A stretch of 64,000 nt of DNA, from the NCBI GenBank assembly GCA_044892525.1, contig CM097886.1:36456001-36520000 (forward strand), read 5' to 3'. This stretch comes from Schmidtea polychroa. Taxonomy: Eukaryota. Shown here one piece after another: positions 13,700 to 24,247 of the stretch (its first letter is position 1; each line of letters starts with the position of its first letter). The notes beneath the pieces were generated by a model that saw only the letters and a program-made list of their open reading frames with translations, did not search any database and had not been told where the DNA came from. Made by a program: the position numbers and the translations under genes.

Positions 13700-14681
13700 G
13701 GTCATAATTTACAATAACCAAGAAACTTACGAGCTCCGAAAAACTAAAAGTTGTTGAACTGCTTGTGCAACCTGTCCAGATGTTTCACAACTACAAAATG
13801 TATCTTTTGAAAGAAGAAATCAATATTAAATTGATAAATTATTTCATAAAGAATTTTATAATAAAACCTTTGAAAATAGTAAAAATTAAAAATTTTTGGG
13901 CTGACTTACATAAAAATACTAGTGACCTACATAAAATTATTAAGCTGAGATTTTTAGCGTAATATTTTTTTCACAGGAGATAGCGAAGTGGGAGGGGATA
14001 GTGTCCTGGAAGGTTCTGTGTCAAAACTCCACTGTATGTATTACTCAAAATTTGGGGAGAAAATGTGTCTTAATAATACATACTGTTACGTAACAACAAA
14101 AACCATTATACAAACATTTTATAATCTCAGGGTCCTACAGGATTCTAAATTTATTACGTAATGTTAATTATCGACTGTGATTTGGCAAAAGCTGTGTTGT
14201 AAGAGTCGGTTAAAGTGACTGTTACAGTCATTGTGGTTGAAAGAATTTTGACGAAGGCTGTGATATGAGCATTGGTTACTGAAAGTCGGTAAAGCCATGG
14301 TTAAGTTTGTATAAGAGCGAGTGGCTAAGGTTATATATAAAATTTAACTTTATATAAAAACTAAAATAAATAAATTTTATACTTTTATTAAAATACTATC
14401 GAAATTTCATATGCTTTTAAAATCAAAAGAAATAATTTCTCCGCAAACATAATTTAAATGAAAAAGATAATTATTCAAATAAATAATTATATAAACAATT
14501 ATAAAAAGACTAAATTTTAAACAGAAATGATTTTTCGGCAAGCATAATGTTTTATTTGAATAATAATCATTAAATCGGTTAAATTTCACAACAAACAGAA
14601 ATAAAGGTTTTTTATTTTTAATTTTTTTCAATCATTTTTTTCTAATTACATTTATTAGCAAAATTTATTTATAATTATTAA

Positions 14682-14741
14682 CACATTGACGGACAGATGG
14701 AAAATTATATATGGCTATAGACGCAAGTGTCCGTCAACGTG
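14682..14741. mobile_element. 60-bp micro-MITE with TTAA flanks (piggyBac-like)
   Basis: TTAA-CACATTGACGGACA...TGTCCGTCAACGTG-TTAA; the TIRs match at 13 of 14 positions. Confidence 0.6.
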
Positions 14742-16361
14742 TTAAAAAAAACTTTCTCACAATAAATTGATTAACAGTATCAACAAAATAATAACTACCA
14801 CATTCATTATAAATAATAATGAAAAAAAATAACAATTATAATAAAAATTATTAAAAATTAATAAAAATAAAAAGTCAATATTAATAATTATTATCATTTA
14901 AACAAAACACAATTCAAAATTTCCACTAATACTCATTTGCGCGATAAGTGATAGTGATACATATATAATTTTTCAGCAATATACTTCTAAAATAAAATAT
15001 ATTTTATTAAAATTTAATATTTTCAAATCATTAAGTATTTAAACTAGTTCAAAAGATTAATTTAAAAATAATACATATTATAATTAAAGATATTATTTAT
15101 TTAGCATATTAGAAACAAATTTTTCTTGGGAATTCTTTAAAATTATAATATTCATTTCTCAATTTCCTGGAAACAAAAGAAAATGTCGAGAAAAGCAAAT
15201 CACTACATGCAATTTGACTTCAATTTATTATTTAAATTGCTTGTTTTTTAAAAATAAAGTTTCTAATACTCACTTATATAAAATAAAGTAAAATGAAAAT
15301 GATTATTTTATTGAAATGAAGCAGCATAAAGATGAATTAATTGATTAATAGAAATGGTAATTAAATCTCTCCACAAAATATAGGAAACTAATTCTGAAGA
15401 TTTGGTCGGCAAAATAATGACTTTAATTAATACTTTGAAAGTATTCAGGTAAATTATAATAATACATTTTTAATGGATTCTCTCAATTTTGATTATTAAC
15501 CAATTTATAAAAATTTATAAGTTTTCTTTTTAAAACAAATATTATTTTTTATATATTTTATGGAACTCATTTTATAAATATTAGCATATCCGGATACTAT
15601 TCGCTATTGGGTATGCAATTATTTTTATTTAATATTTTTTATATAAAATCAATTGAAATGAACAATTTGTATTTTATTATTTTGTTTTCAACAAATTTTG
15701 GTGGATATCGTTAATATCGTGGTTGTTGTCCAACCTAGTGGGAGGCCTCAGCAAAGCTCTATTTGAGTTATAAATAATAACATAAAATAACCGTAGGGCC
15801 TACGACATAGCAATATGTCCAATGAACTAGTTACTGCCGAAAATGACTATGGCACGCAAGGCTTAAATATTCGTGTGGAATCACATAGTTTAAACGACAT
15901 CATGATATATCTATTGTTAGGGTGTTATATCTAACAAATAAAAGCGAGCTCTTCGTCCCACTGAAGTGTTTGGTTCTTAGTAAAGACATTTTTAATCTTG
16001 TTTCATTTTGTCTTTGTGAGATGTTTTCAGCTGAGAATTAAATATTTTAATAATTTTTTAAGATAATTTTAAATGATAAATAATTGACTATTTAAAATAA
16101 CTTTTAAAAACATTTTTAAATTGAAATTTTTAAATTAAAAAATTTAAACAAGCTTTTTATTAGTAAGTCATTTTTAAATAAATATATTTTAAATATCAAA
16201 ATTTTAATAAATAGTTTTTAAAATATTTTATTCAACGCTGAAAATTTGTTTGGAAATTATACAAATAAATACTTGGAATTATGACGTTAACTTTTGAATC
16301 GGATTTAAAAAATAATTTAGAAGATGTGTTAGCAGCTTCTAATATTCTTCATAGGGTCTTT

Positions 16362-16521
16362 NNNNNNNNNNNNNNNNNNNNNNNNNNNNNNNNNNNNNNN
16401 NNNNNNNNNNNNNNNNNNNNNNNNNNNNNNNNNNNNNNNNNNNNNNNNNNNNNNNNNNNNNNNNNNNNNNNNNNNNNNNNNNNNNNNNNNNNNNNNNNNN
16501 NNNNNNNNNNNNNNNNNNNNN
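16362..16521. other. Assembly gap (N run)
   Basis: Run of N. Confidence 1.
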
Positions 16522-16655
16522 TTTCACCTCTGATTTCTTTTCATTTTCAATTGACATTATATTTATTAAAAAATTGACTACGAATCAGTAGAGATATCAA
16601 TATTTATTTGATATATCTACTGATTCATAGTAAATTTTTTAATAAATATAATGTC

Positions 16656-16724
<69 letters not shown>
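16656..16724 (+). repeat. (AAT)n microsatellite with two ACT interruptions
   Basis: Read directly from the sequence. Confidence 0.97.
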
Positions 16725-16816
16725 AGTATAAAATGATGATTGCTTGGTAGCAGCATTTATTATTTAAAACAATAAAATGATAATTTAAGCCTTTTGCTGC
16801 AAATAATGTATTTAAT

Positions 16817-16855
16817 GAAAGAATTTTCGACTATACGATAGTCCTTGTCAATCTC
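16817..16855 (-). ncRNA. Minimal type-I hammerhead ribozyme-like motif in the Penelope 3' region (left-arm copy)
   Basis: Reverse complement of 30627-30665. Confidence 0.55.
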
Positions 16856-17249
16856 CTGGAATTTAGCAATGTTCTTCCCCAAAATACCTTTCAATCTTTC
16901 TTTTATTTCCTTTCTCTTAATTCTCATTGGTTGTAAATATAATGAATTGTTTTACTAAAAACTTTTAAAATTTTTACATTTAAAATTTCAAAATGACACA
17001 AACTAAAAATTTTTAAATTTTTTACAGCTTCTATAATTAGCTTCTAGAAGCCTAATAAAATATTTGAAAATATTTTAAATAAAGCCTCCAATAACTACTT
17101 ATATATGCTATTTAAATATTTCCATAAATGTGTCAATTTTGATTTTCAAACCCTATTTTTTAAAATTTTTTTTTATATTATTCTAATTATTACTTTTTAA
17201 TTTATTCTATTTTTTTAATTTCTTTATATATTGTCAGTTATTCTCAAAG

Positions 17250-18311
17250 TCAATGACAACAGATCAAATTCATGATTTCATTGATTTCTTCTTTAGTGTT
17301 GATCTTTGGCTGTCTGTTTATGATGAGAATTGCTTCTTTGATTCTGACATTTTTCTTTTGGATGTTTCCATTAGCTATGATTTCTATTGAAATATTTTTT
17401 CTTTCTTCTGTTGGCTGACACTGCCGGAGATGTCTACCCAACGGGGATGTTCCACCAGGATCTAGATGTTCTTTAACTCTTTGGTGCAATGTCCTGAGGG
17501 TACTTCCAATGTAGATTTCATTGCATACATTGCACGTGATGCAATAGACGATGTTTTTTCTAAAGCACATATCTTTCGGTGTCTGGCAGTTTTTCATTGT
17601 GCAATTGTTTTCTCTATTTATGTTGCCTGCCAGAGCCCTTCTCAATGTCCAAGATTTATGTGCTATCCGAATTGGAAGACCGGTACGTTTAAGTTCTTTC
17701 AGGATCTTGAAGTCGAGTATGTCACTGATGAATGGGATATTCAGATAGAAATATTTCTGATTCTTTTGTGTTAATTCCCTAGATCTTCTTGGGGTAGAAT
17801 TCATTCTTTCAATGTCCTCACCTTGGTATCCGTTTCGGTGTAGGATTTTATTGAAATTTGATTGCTCTTTAAAGTTTTCGTTTTTCTCCGTGCATCGATT
17901 GGCTATTCTTCGTTTCTCGTTTCTTATGACATGTACTTTCTGTAAGTATGGAAGCGCTGATCTTTGGTGCATAAATATTTCTTTGCGAGCTGGTTTTCTG
18001 TAGAACCCGTATGTTGGAGTATTTTCTTCTATTTTGATTCTCAAATCCAATAAATTGAGGGATCCATCTTCTTCCGGATATTCGATTTCGAACTTAATAT
18101 CTTGATGAGCCGCATTGAATTTATGAAATATTTCCTCCGCTTCTTTTTTGTTTTTGGTCGTGATGAAGATATCATCTACATATCTTGCATAGAAACCGAT
18201 GGGTTGTATGGTCCTCAGTGTCTGTCGTTCGAGGTTATCCATAAAGATGATTGCTAGCAGTCCTGATATGCTAGAACCCATAGGCAGACCTTTAACTTGT
18301 TTATAGAACAT
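17250..18311 (-). mobile_element. Penelope-like element, C-terminal RT plus GIY-YIG endonuclease (left arm)
   Basis: FYKQxKGLPMGS, ARYVDDIF, LNLLDL and FYRKP mark RT. NIVYCITCNVCNEIYIGST.RTLHQRVKEH and KEAILI...PKIN mark GIY-YIG. The ATG is created at the junction with the filler. Confidence 0.93.
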
Positions 18312-19356
18312 ATCTCGACATCTGTCAGAGATAAGGCTGAAATAACGTGGAATACAGAGAAGAAAGTAAACAAAATTATCTCAAGTATTGCAAATGGGGC
18401 AAGCTATAAAAAAGAAGACACAGAAGTTAAGTTAGCTTTAAGAGAGTTAGAGTTAAATTTAGAGAATTGAAAGAGAATAAAGAAAGAATTAACAAGAGGT
18501 AAAAGAAGAATTAAACAGAGTTTAAATAAAGTGAGCCCAAAGTAACAGAATTGAACTAGTTGATAAATAATTGATTGGGAGAGTGACGAGAATCATCTAT
18601 AAAATTGAATTAAAAGTGGAGTGAACAAAGTTGTGGTCAAAGCAAATAGAACAATCGATCAACGTACCATGTAATTGAGTTGGTTGACGGTTAGTGATTA
18701 TTGTTGTTTTTACAGAAACTATACGTAGTTTCGCAATAAGTTCTGTGTAATTAATTGGTTGTAATTGTAACTTGTACGATCTATTGTGAAGATTAATAAA
18801 GCTTATCTTGTTTGGAAGTTAATTTGTAAATTTATAAAACACACTTTGGAGTCAGCTAAGACTTTAACAATAGAACTACCAAAAAAATAACTTATTTTAA
18901 CTAGTGTGGTATAAGTAGCCAAAGTAAAAAAAAACTTTATTCCTGGTCAAGTTGCTGATGAGTTAGATTAAGAATCTTCTGAATATATAGGATTGTATAT
19001 TTATTCCAAGTAGAGAAAATTTTGTTGTAGCTGATTCATTAGTTAATTGTGGGTTAGAGTTAATAGTGGTAAAACTAAACTAGGTCATATTGAAAATGAC
19101 TACGACATTGATATGGAATGTGGCGGAGAAATCCTACATAAAATGTCAAATATTTAGTACAGGTAAGTTGGGAATACTCAAGACTCATCATGTTTAAATT
19201 AAGACATATTTTAAAATGAGTTGAATTAGAAAAGTATTTGAATAATTACAGCTTTAAAGATCATCATGGAATTTTCGAGAATAGTAAATGAAAAATTGAG
19301 ATAAAAATATGCGTACTTTCCGGCTATCTCGACATTATCAAAAAATGAACAGTTTC
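18309..19356 (+). repeat. ~1.05-kb filler matching 7769-8805 (partial LTR, flank and MITE TIR), left arm
   Basis: Colinear with 7769-8805 from CATATCTCGAC to GAACAGTTTC, with about ten substitutions and a short indel. Confidence 0.93.
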
Positions 19357-20148
19357 GGGAACAAAAGAATCAAGAAAACATTTTGAAAACGTATTTGAAT
19401 AACCACCCAAAAGAATTGATCTACGAGGTACAAAGACAATCCTTCATGACAGCAGAAGCACATTATTCCTTGCGATTTGACAAAAGAATCAAACACCTTT
19501 TGAGAAAAAAGGAGCTCAAAGCAGGCCTAGTTATGAACAATGAAACACTGGACGGAAACGAAAGCATTACAGTGAACAAAGAACTAGTAACCGACCTCAC
19601 AAATTGTCTATCCAAAGGTGAAAAAGGATTACTTTCACTAGGACCAAAGTTCAGTATAAACAGAGAAATAGATGACGCAGCCATCCTCAATTTCAAAACA
19701 GCTCTTTGTCGCATTGCGTACCAGATCAAATGGAACAATACAATACCGCATGAAAATGAAAATAGCGAAAACCAGCTCCCAGTATACATAAACACAGATA
19801 AACTCTATCAACCAAATCCTGATGCAGAATTAGATTCAACACTCTCAAAGGTCTGTCACAAAATCATGGAGATAGTTGAGAAGGAAAGAAGAAAACCATA
19901 TCTCTCAAACCTAACGAAAGACGAACAGGCAATATTAAAATCCCTTAAAAAGAAACCGTACGTTTACTTACCAAGTGACAAGGGGGGAGAATTTTGCATT
20001 ATAGAGAAGAATCGTTACTGTGAAGCTGGTTACGAACACCTCGGCAACATCGAAACATACAAGAAAGTCAGCCGCATGTCACCAAACACCATCGAAATGA
20101 AGATCAACAAAGTATGGAAAGCCATAGCTTTGGAAATAAGGCTCAACA
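19357..20148 (+). mobile_element. Penelope-like element N-terminal fragment, inverted relative to the RT/GIY-YIG part (left arm)
   Basis: LLSLGPKF, SNLTKDEQAILKSLK, LPSDKGG and HLGNIETY are typical of the region preceding PLE RT. The stop codon comes from the adjacent TIR. Confidence 0.85.
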
Positions 20149-20394
20149 AGTAGTGAGGAATCTATGCACCCCAGCACCCCCACCCTAAAAAAAAACAGCG
20201 CTATTGACCCATATTTTCCACATTTATATGCTTTTTTACCCCATATTCTTCACTTTTTTTAACTTTTAAACTTTGTCCCCTATTGCCATTAACCCTTAAT
20301 TTCTTCCCTTAAAAGTAAAAAAGTTCGGAATAGATGTATTTATAGATTACTAATTCCGAGAAAAGGTAACGGGGTGCATAGATTCCTCACTACT
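20149..20394. mobile_element. 246-bp element with 24-26-bp TIRs (AGTAGTGAGGAATCTATGCACCCC), left-arm copy
   Basis: Perfect inverted repeats at 20147-20172 and 20371-20396; no direct-repeat TSD visible. Confidence 0.8.
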
Positions 20395-20538
20395 TGGTCT
20401 TAAGGATTTAATGTTATAAGGATTTAATGTTATAAGAATATCAGATTACCTAATTCATAATGATCTAGGTCGCCTGATCACCTTAAGGTTTTGAAAGTTT
20501 TAAAAATAAAAAATTTTATGAAAATAGTAAAACTGCTC

Positions 20539-20910
20539 TGAGGGGACAGTGGTTTTTTTTTTTTTTTTTTTTTTTTCACTGTCCCCTCAACAGTTTTTTT
20601 TTGATCCGGATCATTTTTTTTTTTTATTTATCAACCTCTTTCGTTTATCAAATCTCTTCCAATATACAAGCTGGCCAGACTCATACATCAGAATCAATCC
20701 GATAATAGCAGCACGCCTTATTATTCGCTTCTCGCTCACGAAGTCGATTTCAACGGCGTTTTAAGTGTGCTGCTCGAAAGTACAAATGAATTCGAAAGCG
20801 AATCCGAAAGAGGTCCGAAAACAACTGAGAAATAAATGTGCACATTACCGGGATCGATCCGGGGGTGTTCGAAAGACAGGTGGCGATAATTACCGGTTCG
20901 CCACCATCAC
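20539..20910. promoter_or_regulatory. CpG-rich non-coding block with hairpins (left-arm copy); function unknown
   Basis: 13-bp stem TGAGGGGACAGTG/CACTGTCCCCTCA around a T24-containing loop, a GATCCGGATC palindrome, several CGAAA motifs, and a GGTGGCGA/TCGCCACC stem. Confidence 0.4.
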
Positions 20911-21077
20911 CCGTTTCAATATTTTTTTTTTCATATTTATGTTTAAAAAATAATTAATTAATAAAAAAATAAAATAAAATAAAATAAATAAAATAAAATA
21001 TACAAGTACTTTATAAATATAAGATACCCACACTATTTTCAATATTATTTTCAAATTTTTAATATTATTTTATGTTG

Positions 21078-21885
21078 AAAAAAAACTAACCTCAGATGTG
21101 ATTTGAACCACTATCCATTTGAACCACTGTGCCAGTCTATTCCCACTGCGCCATCAAGGTTTGAATTTTTGTCATTTTTTAGACTATAAATAATCGATAC
21201 AAGTTCTTTAACTCTTTCCTGTAATTGTTTCATTTTCTTCAATCTTATATCAGCAACATCTACAGCCTTCATATAAAAATGTCGATACTTTTCATTATCT
21301 ACCATCAACTCTTTGATGTATTCTAATGGTTCTTCTTCTCTTCTTTTCATTCTCTTATGTCTAACTTCATTCAATTCATTTCTCATTCTTTCTTTTAACT
21401 CATCCATTTTTATAAATATTTTTTTATTGGATATATTAATTTTTGGTAGTTAAAACGTTTTTGATCTTAAATTTCCAAGAGTTGCCGTTGACCAATCTCC
21501 TTAAAAATTTGTACAAGTACTAAATCGAGTATGCTGATCAATATTTCGTTAAAAAAAATTTGAAAAAAAATGACAGAAATGGGATTTGAACCCATTGGTA
21601 TTGGCAATGCAGTCGAGTGCTATTACCACTAAGCTATTAGAGCTATACTCAATATAAAATAAGTTGTTAATGTGTGACTATTTATTGATGAAATTAATAA
21701 TTAATTATTCATTTTCTCGACAACTACCACTCAGATCCATCTGAAAATTTAAATATATACTAAAATCAGTACGCTGAATCAGATTCCGTTGAAAAAATAT
21801 CGATAAAAATTGACCAAAATCGAAAATTGAACCCGGTACTCCCGGTGATAAAATTGAAGCCTATTCCCACTCCGCTATAATGGCT
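21078..21885 (-). ncRNA. Three tRNA-like Pol III (A-box/B-box) units, left-arm copy
   Basis: Mirror image of 25596-26405. Confidence 0.6.
21111..21407 (-). CDS. 98-aa orphan, predicted helical/coiled-coil protein (left-arm copy)
   Basis: Open in both arms, with TATAAAAATG start context like the capsid gene. No family recognised. Confidence 0.45.
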   Translation of the reverse strand: MDELKERMRNELNEVRHKRMKRREEEPLEYIKELMVDNEKYRHFYMKAVDVADIRLKKMKQLQERVKELVSIIYSLKNDKNSNLDGAVGIDWHSGSNG

Positions 21886-21940
21886 TACATAATATATTTA
21901 ATTAATCCTATTTTGTGTGTGTAAATTTTAATATATAAAA

Positions 21941-22157
21941 ATGAATAACATAAATCTTAAAATTCAAGAAAAAAATAAAAGTATCAGACCAAGATGATCG
22001 ATTAGCCATAAATAATGTTGATGTTACACTTCATGTAACAAAGGATTCTAATTTTAAAGCTAAAGTATATACATTAATATTAGAAGAAAAGAAAATAGAA
22101 ATGAAATTATATGGTGGAAAGATTTCAATAATCGAAAATGTTAGGGGAGATTCTTGA
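21941..22157 (+). pseudogene. Internally deleted copy of the major capsid gene
   Basis: MNNINLKIQEKNK is joined to the region encoding VSDQDDRL by a 1076-bp deletion relative to 24248-25540, causing a frameshift and an early TGA. Confidence 0.93.
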
Positions 22158-22175
22158 TATTTTCAACCTTGTGAT

Positions 22176-23732
22176 ATGGTTGATTGGTATAAGGAAAAGA
22201 TTTTAGAATCAGATATTAGTAATAAAAATGATTATATTTGTGAAGAAGGGCAGGAGGCAATTCAAGTTTTATTCTCTAATAAACCTGAAGATGTTTTACA
22301 TTGTGATTTACTTCCTAAAGATAAAAAGAATAATAAATATTGGAGATGTGAAAGTTGTAATTGTCAAGTTACAAGACATAATAAAGCAAGTCATTTAAAA
22401 ACTAAAAAACATACAGGAGGTGATCTAATTCCACGAGCTGGAGGCGATTTGCAATCTTCAAAAACAACATCTTCAATATTAAAACCTTGTACTACAGAAA
22501 AATATCCAGGTGAAAGACATTTATTTAAACACAACTATACTGGACCAGGAACACGTCTAGATATTAGATTAGATGAAAATAATAATCCCAAACAAGGAGA
22601 AGAACCAATAAATAGAATTGATCAAGCAGCTTTAAAACATGACATTGCATACAATTCAACAAATCTTAGAGATAGACATGTTGCAGATGTGAATTTAATA
22701 CATGATTTAAATAGTATCCAAAATCCATCAACCCAAGAAAAGATTCAAAGAGCTCTAGTTAAATTAGCAATGAAAGGTAAGATTTTCATAGGCTTAGGAC
22801 ACAGTCCGATCACCATGGGTGCAAGACTTCCTAGAATAGCAAAAGATGTTGCTTATAAAAAGATTATCGAACAAGCAGACATTGAAAGATCCCTCGAGAG
22901 TACAGCCAAGACTAGTTTACAAACCCCAACAGAATCAGAAATAAAATACGCAAAGGAATTACACCATGAATTTAGAAAAAATAAAAAATATTTAAAAGTT
23001 CAAGTACATGAAAAAGATCAAACATGGTCTGCAGATTTAGTCTTTATGCCCAAATCATCAGACCCTGAAAAATATAAAATAATTTTAACTGTAATAGATT
23101 TATATACAAGATTTGCTTTTGCAAGATGTTTAGAAAATAAAACAGGATATTCTATTACAGAAGCATTTGAAAATATATTTGAAGAAAATCAAAGAATCCC
23201 AAAATATTTATGGTGTGATAAAGGAACAGAATTTTATAACAAAGTTTTTACAAAGTTTTTAAATGAAAATGATATTAAATTATATTCAACAGAAAACGAA
23301 GGAAAAGCAGTCGTAGTTGAAAGATTAAATAGAACATTAAAAAATAAAATGTGGAAATATTTTACTGCTATTGGAAAACAAAAATGGAACAATGAATTGT
23401 TACAAAAGATTGTAAATGAATATAATAATGATGTACATAGTTCTATAAAATTAACACCTTTAAATGCTTCCATGAAGCCTGAAACCATTAAAGTGGTAAA
23501 TATTGAAAATGATGTTATTGAAAAACCAAAGTTTAAAATTGGTGACCGAGTAAGAATATTTAAATATAAAAATAAATTTGAAAAAGGATTCACAGCAAAA
23601 TGGACAAATGAAATTTTTATTATAAATAAAATACATTATACAACTCCAATAACATATAGCATCTTTGATTTAAATAATGAAAAAATATTAGGTAGATTTT
23701 ATAATAATGAACTACAGAAAACAGATTTTTAA
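22176..23732 (+). CDS. Polinton/Maverick-type integrase with an N-terminal zinc finger and parvovirus-like PLA2 domain; the first 52 codons are copied from the ATPase ORF
   Basis: Zinc finger CESC...HLKTKKH. PLA2 motifs YTGPGT and DQAALKHDIAY...AD. Integrase core WSADL / VIDLYTRF / WCDKGTEF / VERLNRTLK. C-terminal FKIGDRVRI...KWTNEIF...GRFYNNELQK. Confidence 0.9.
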   Translation: MVDWYKEKILESDISNKNDYICEEGQEAIQVLFSNKPEDVLHCDLLPKDKKNNKYWRCESCNCQVTRHNKASHLKTKKHTGGDLIPRAGGDLQSSKTTSSILKPCTTEKYPGERHLFKHNYTGPGTRLDIRLDENNNPKQGEEPINRIDQAALKHDIAYNSTNLRDRHVADVNLIHDLNSIQNPSTQEKIQRALVKLAMKGKIFIGLGHSPITMGARLPRIAKDVAYKKIIEQADIERSLESTAKTSLQTPTESEIKYAKELHHEFRKNKKYLKVQVHEKDQTWSADLVFMPKSSDPEKYKIILTVIDLYTRFAFARCLENKTGYSITEAFENIFEENQRIPKYLWCDKGTEFYNKVFTKFLNENDIKLYSTENEGKAVVVERLNRTLKNKMWKYFTAIGKQKWNNELLQKIVNEYNNDVHSSIKLTPLNASMKPETIKVVNIENDVIEKPKFKIGDRVRIFKYKNKFEKGFTAKWTNEIFIINKIHYTTPITYSIFDLNNEKILGRFYNNELQKTDF

Positions 23733-23743
23733 GTCGACAAGCC

Positions 23744-24229
23744 CTAAAACAAACTTTTCCATATTTCAGCTTCTTCTCTATCCAAATAAATATAATTATA
23801 TTTTTCTTTCCAATGATTATCAACAAACATATCAAACATATTCTTATCAGGTTCAACATTTGAAAATAAATCATTATAAATCATATTCTTATCACGGCGA
23901 TCTAATTTAAAAAATATAAAACAATTGGAATTATTTCTTATTGAATTTTTATCTAAAGCATAATATGTTTGAGATATATAAATAACATTACAATTATTAT
24001 GTCGACCTCGTGTAAAGTAACTCTTTTGAATCTCTTGATTTTTCATATTAACAACATCATCAAATATAACTAGATTCTTTTTATCTTTAGGAAGTAAATC
24101 ACAATGTAAAACATCTTCAGGTTTATTAGAGAATAAAACGTGAATTGCCTCCTGCCCTTCTTCACAAATATAATCATTTTTATTACTAATATCTGATTCT
24201 AAAATCTTTTCCTTATACCAATCAACCAT
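23744..24229 (-). CDS. A32/FtsK-like viral packaging ATPase, lacking the N-terminal Walker A region
   Basis: Walker B LVIFDD, then FTRGRHNNCNVIYISQTY and IRNN. No GxxGxGK motif. Confidence 0.85.
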   Translation of the reverse strand: MVDWYKEKILESDISNKNDYICEEGQEAIHVLFSNKPEDVLHCDLLPKDKKNLVIFDDVVNMKNQEIQKSYFTRGRHNNCNVIYISQTYYALDKNSIRNNSNCFIFFKLDRRDKNMIYNDLFSNVEPDKNMFDMFVDNHWKEKYNYIYLDREEAEIWKSLF

Positions 24230-24247
24230 ATCACAAGGTTGAAAATA

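Larger units (their letters stand above)
16757..22331. repeat. Left arm of the giant inverted repeat
   Basis: Reverse complement of ~24074-30725. Paired ORF coordinates sum to 47481-47483 outside the capsid deletion and to 46405 inside it. Confidence 0.97.

Noticed and set aside
14084-14409. Possible solo LTR (TGTTACG...TTTCA)
   Set aside because: No matching TSD and no second copy in the window.
15384-15610. Two candidate host exons (AG/GT-bounded, reading ETNSEDLVGKIMTLINTLKVF-SISGYYSLL)
   Set aside because: Splice-like dinucleotides are common in such AT-rich DNA. I recognise no protein family and cannot extend the model.
18955-18985. CTGATGAG in the filler (also near 8405) as a hammerhead core
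   Set aside because: No stem II or downstream CGAAA follows.
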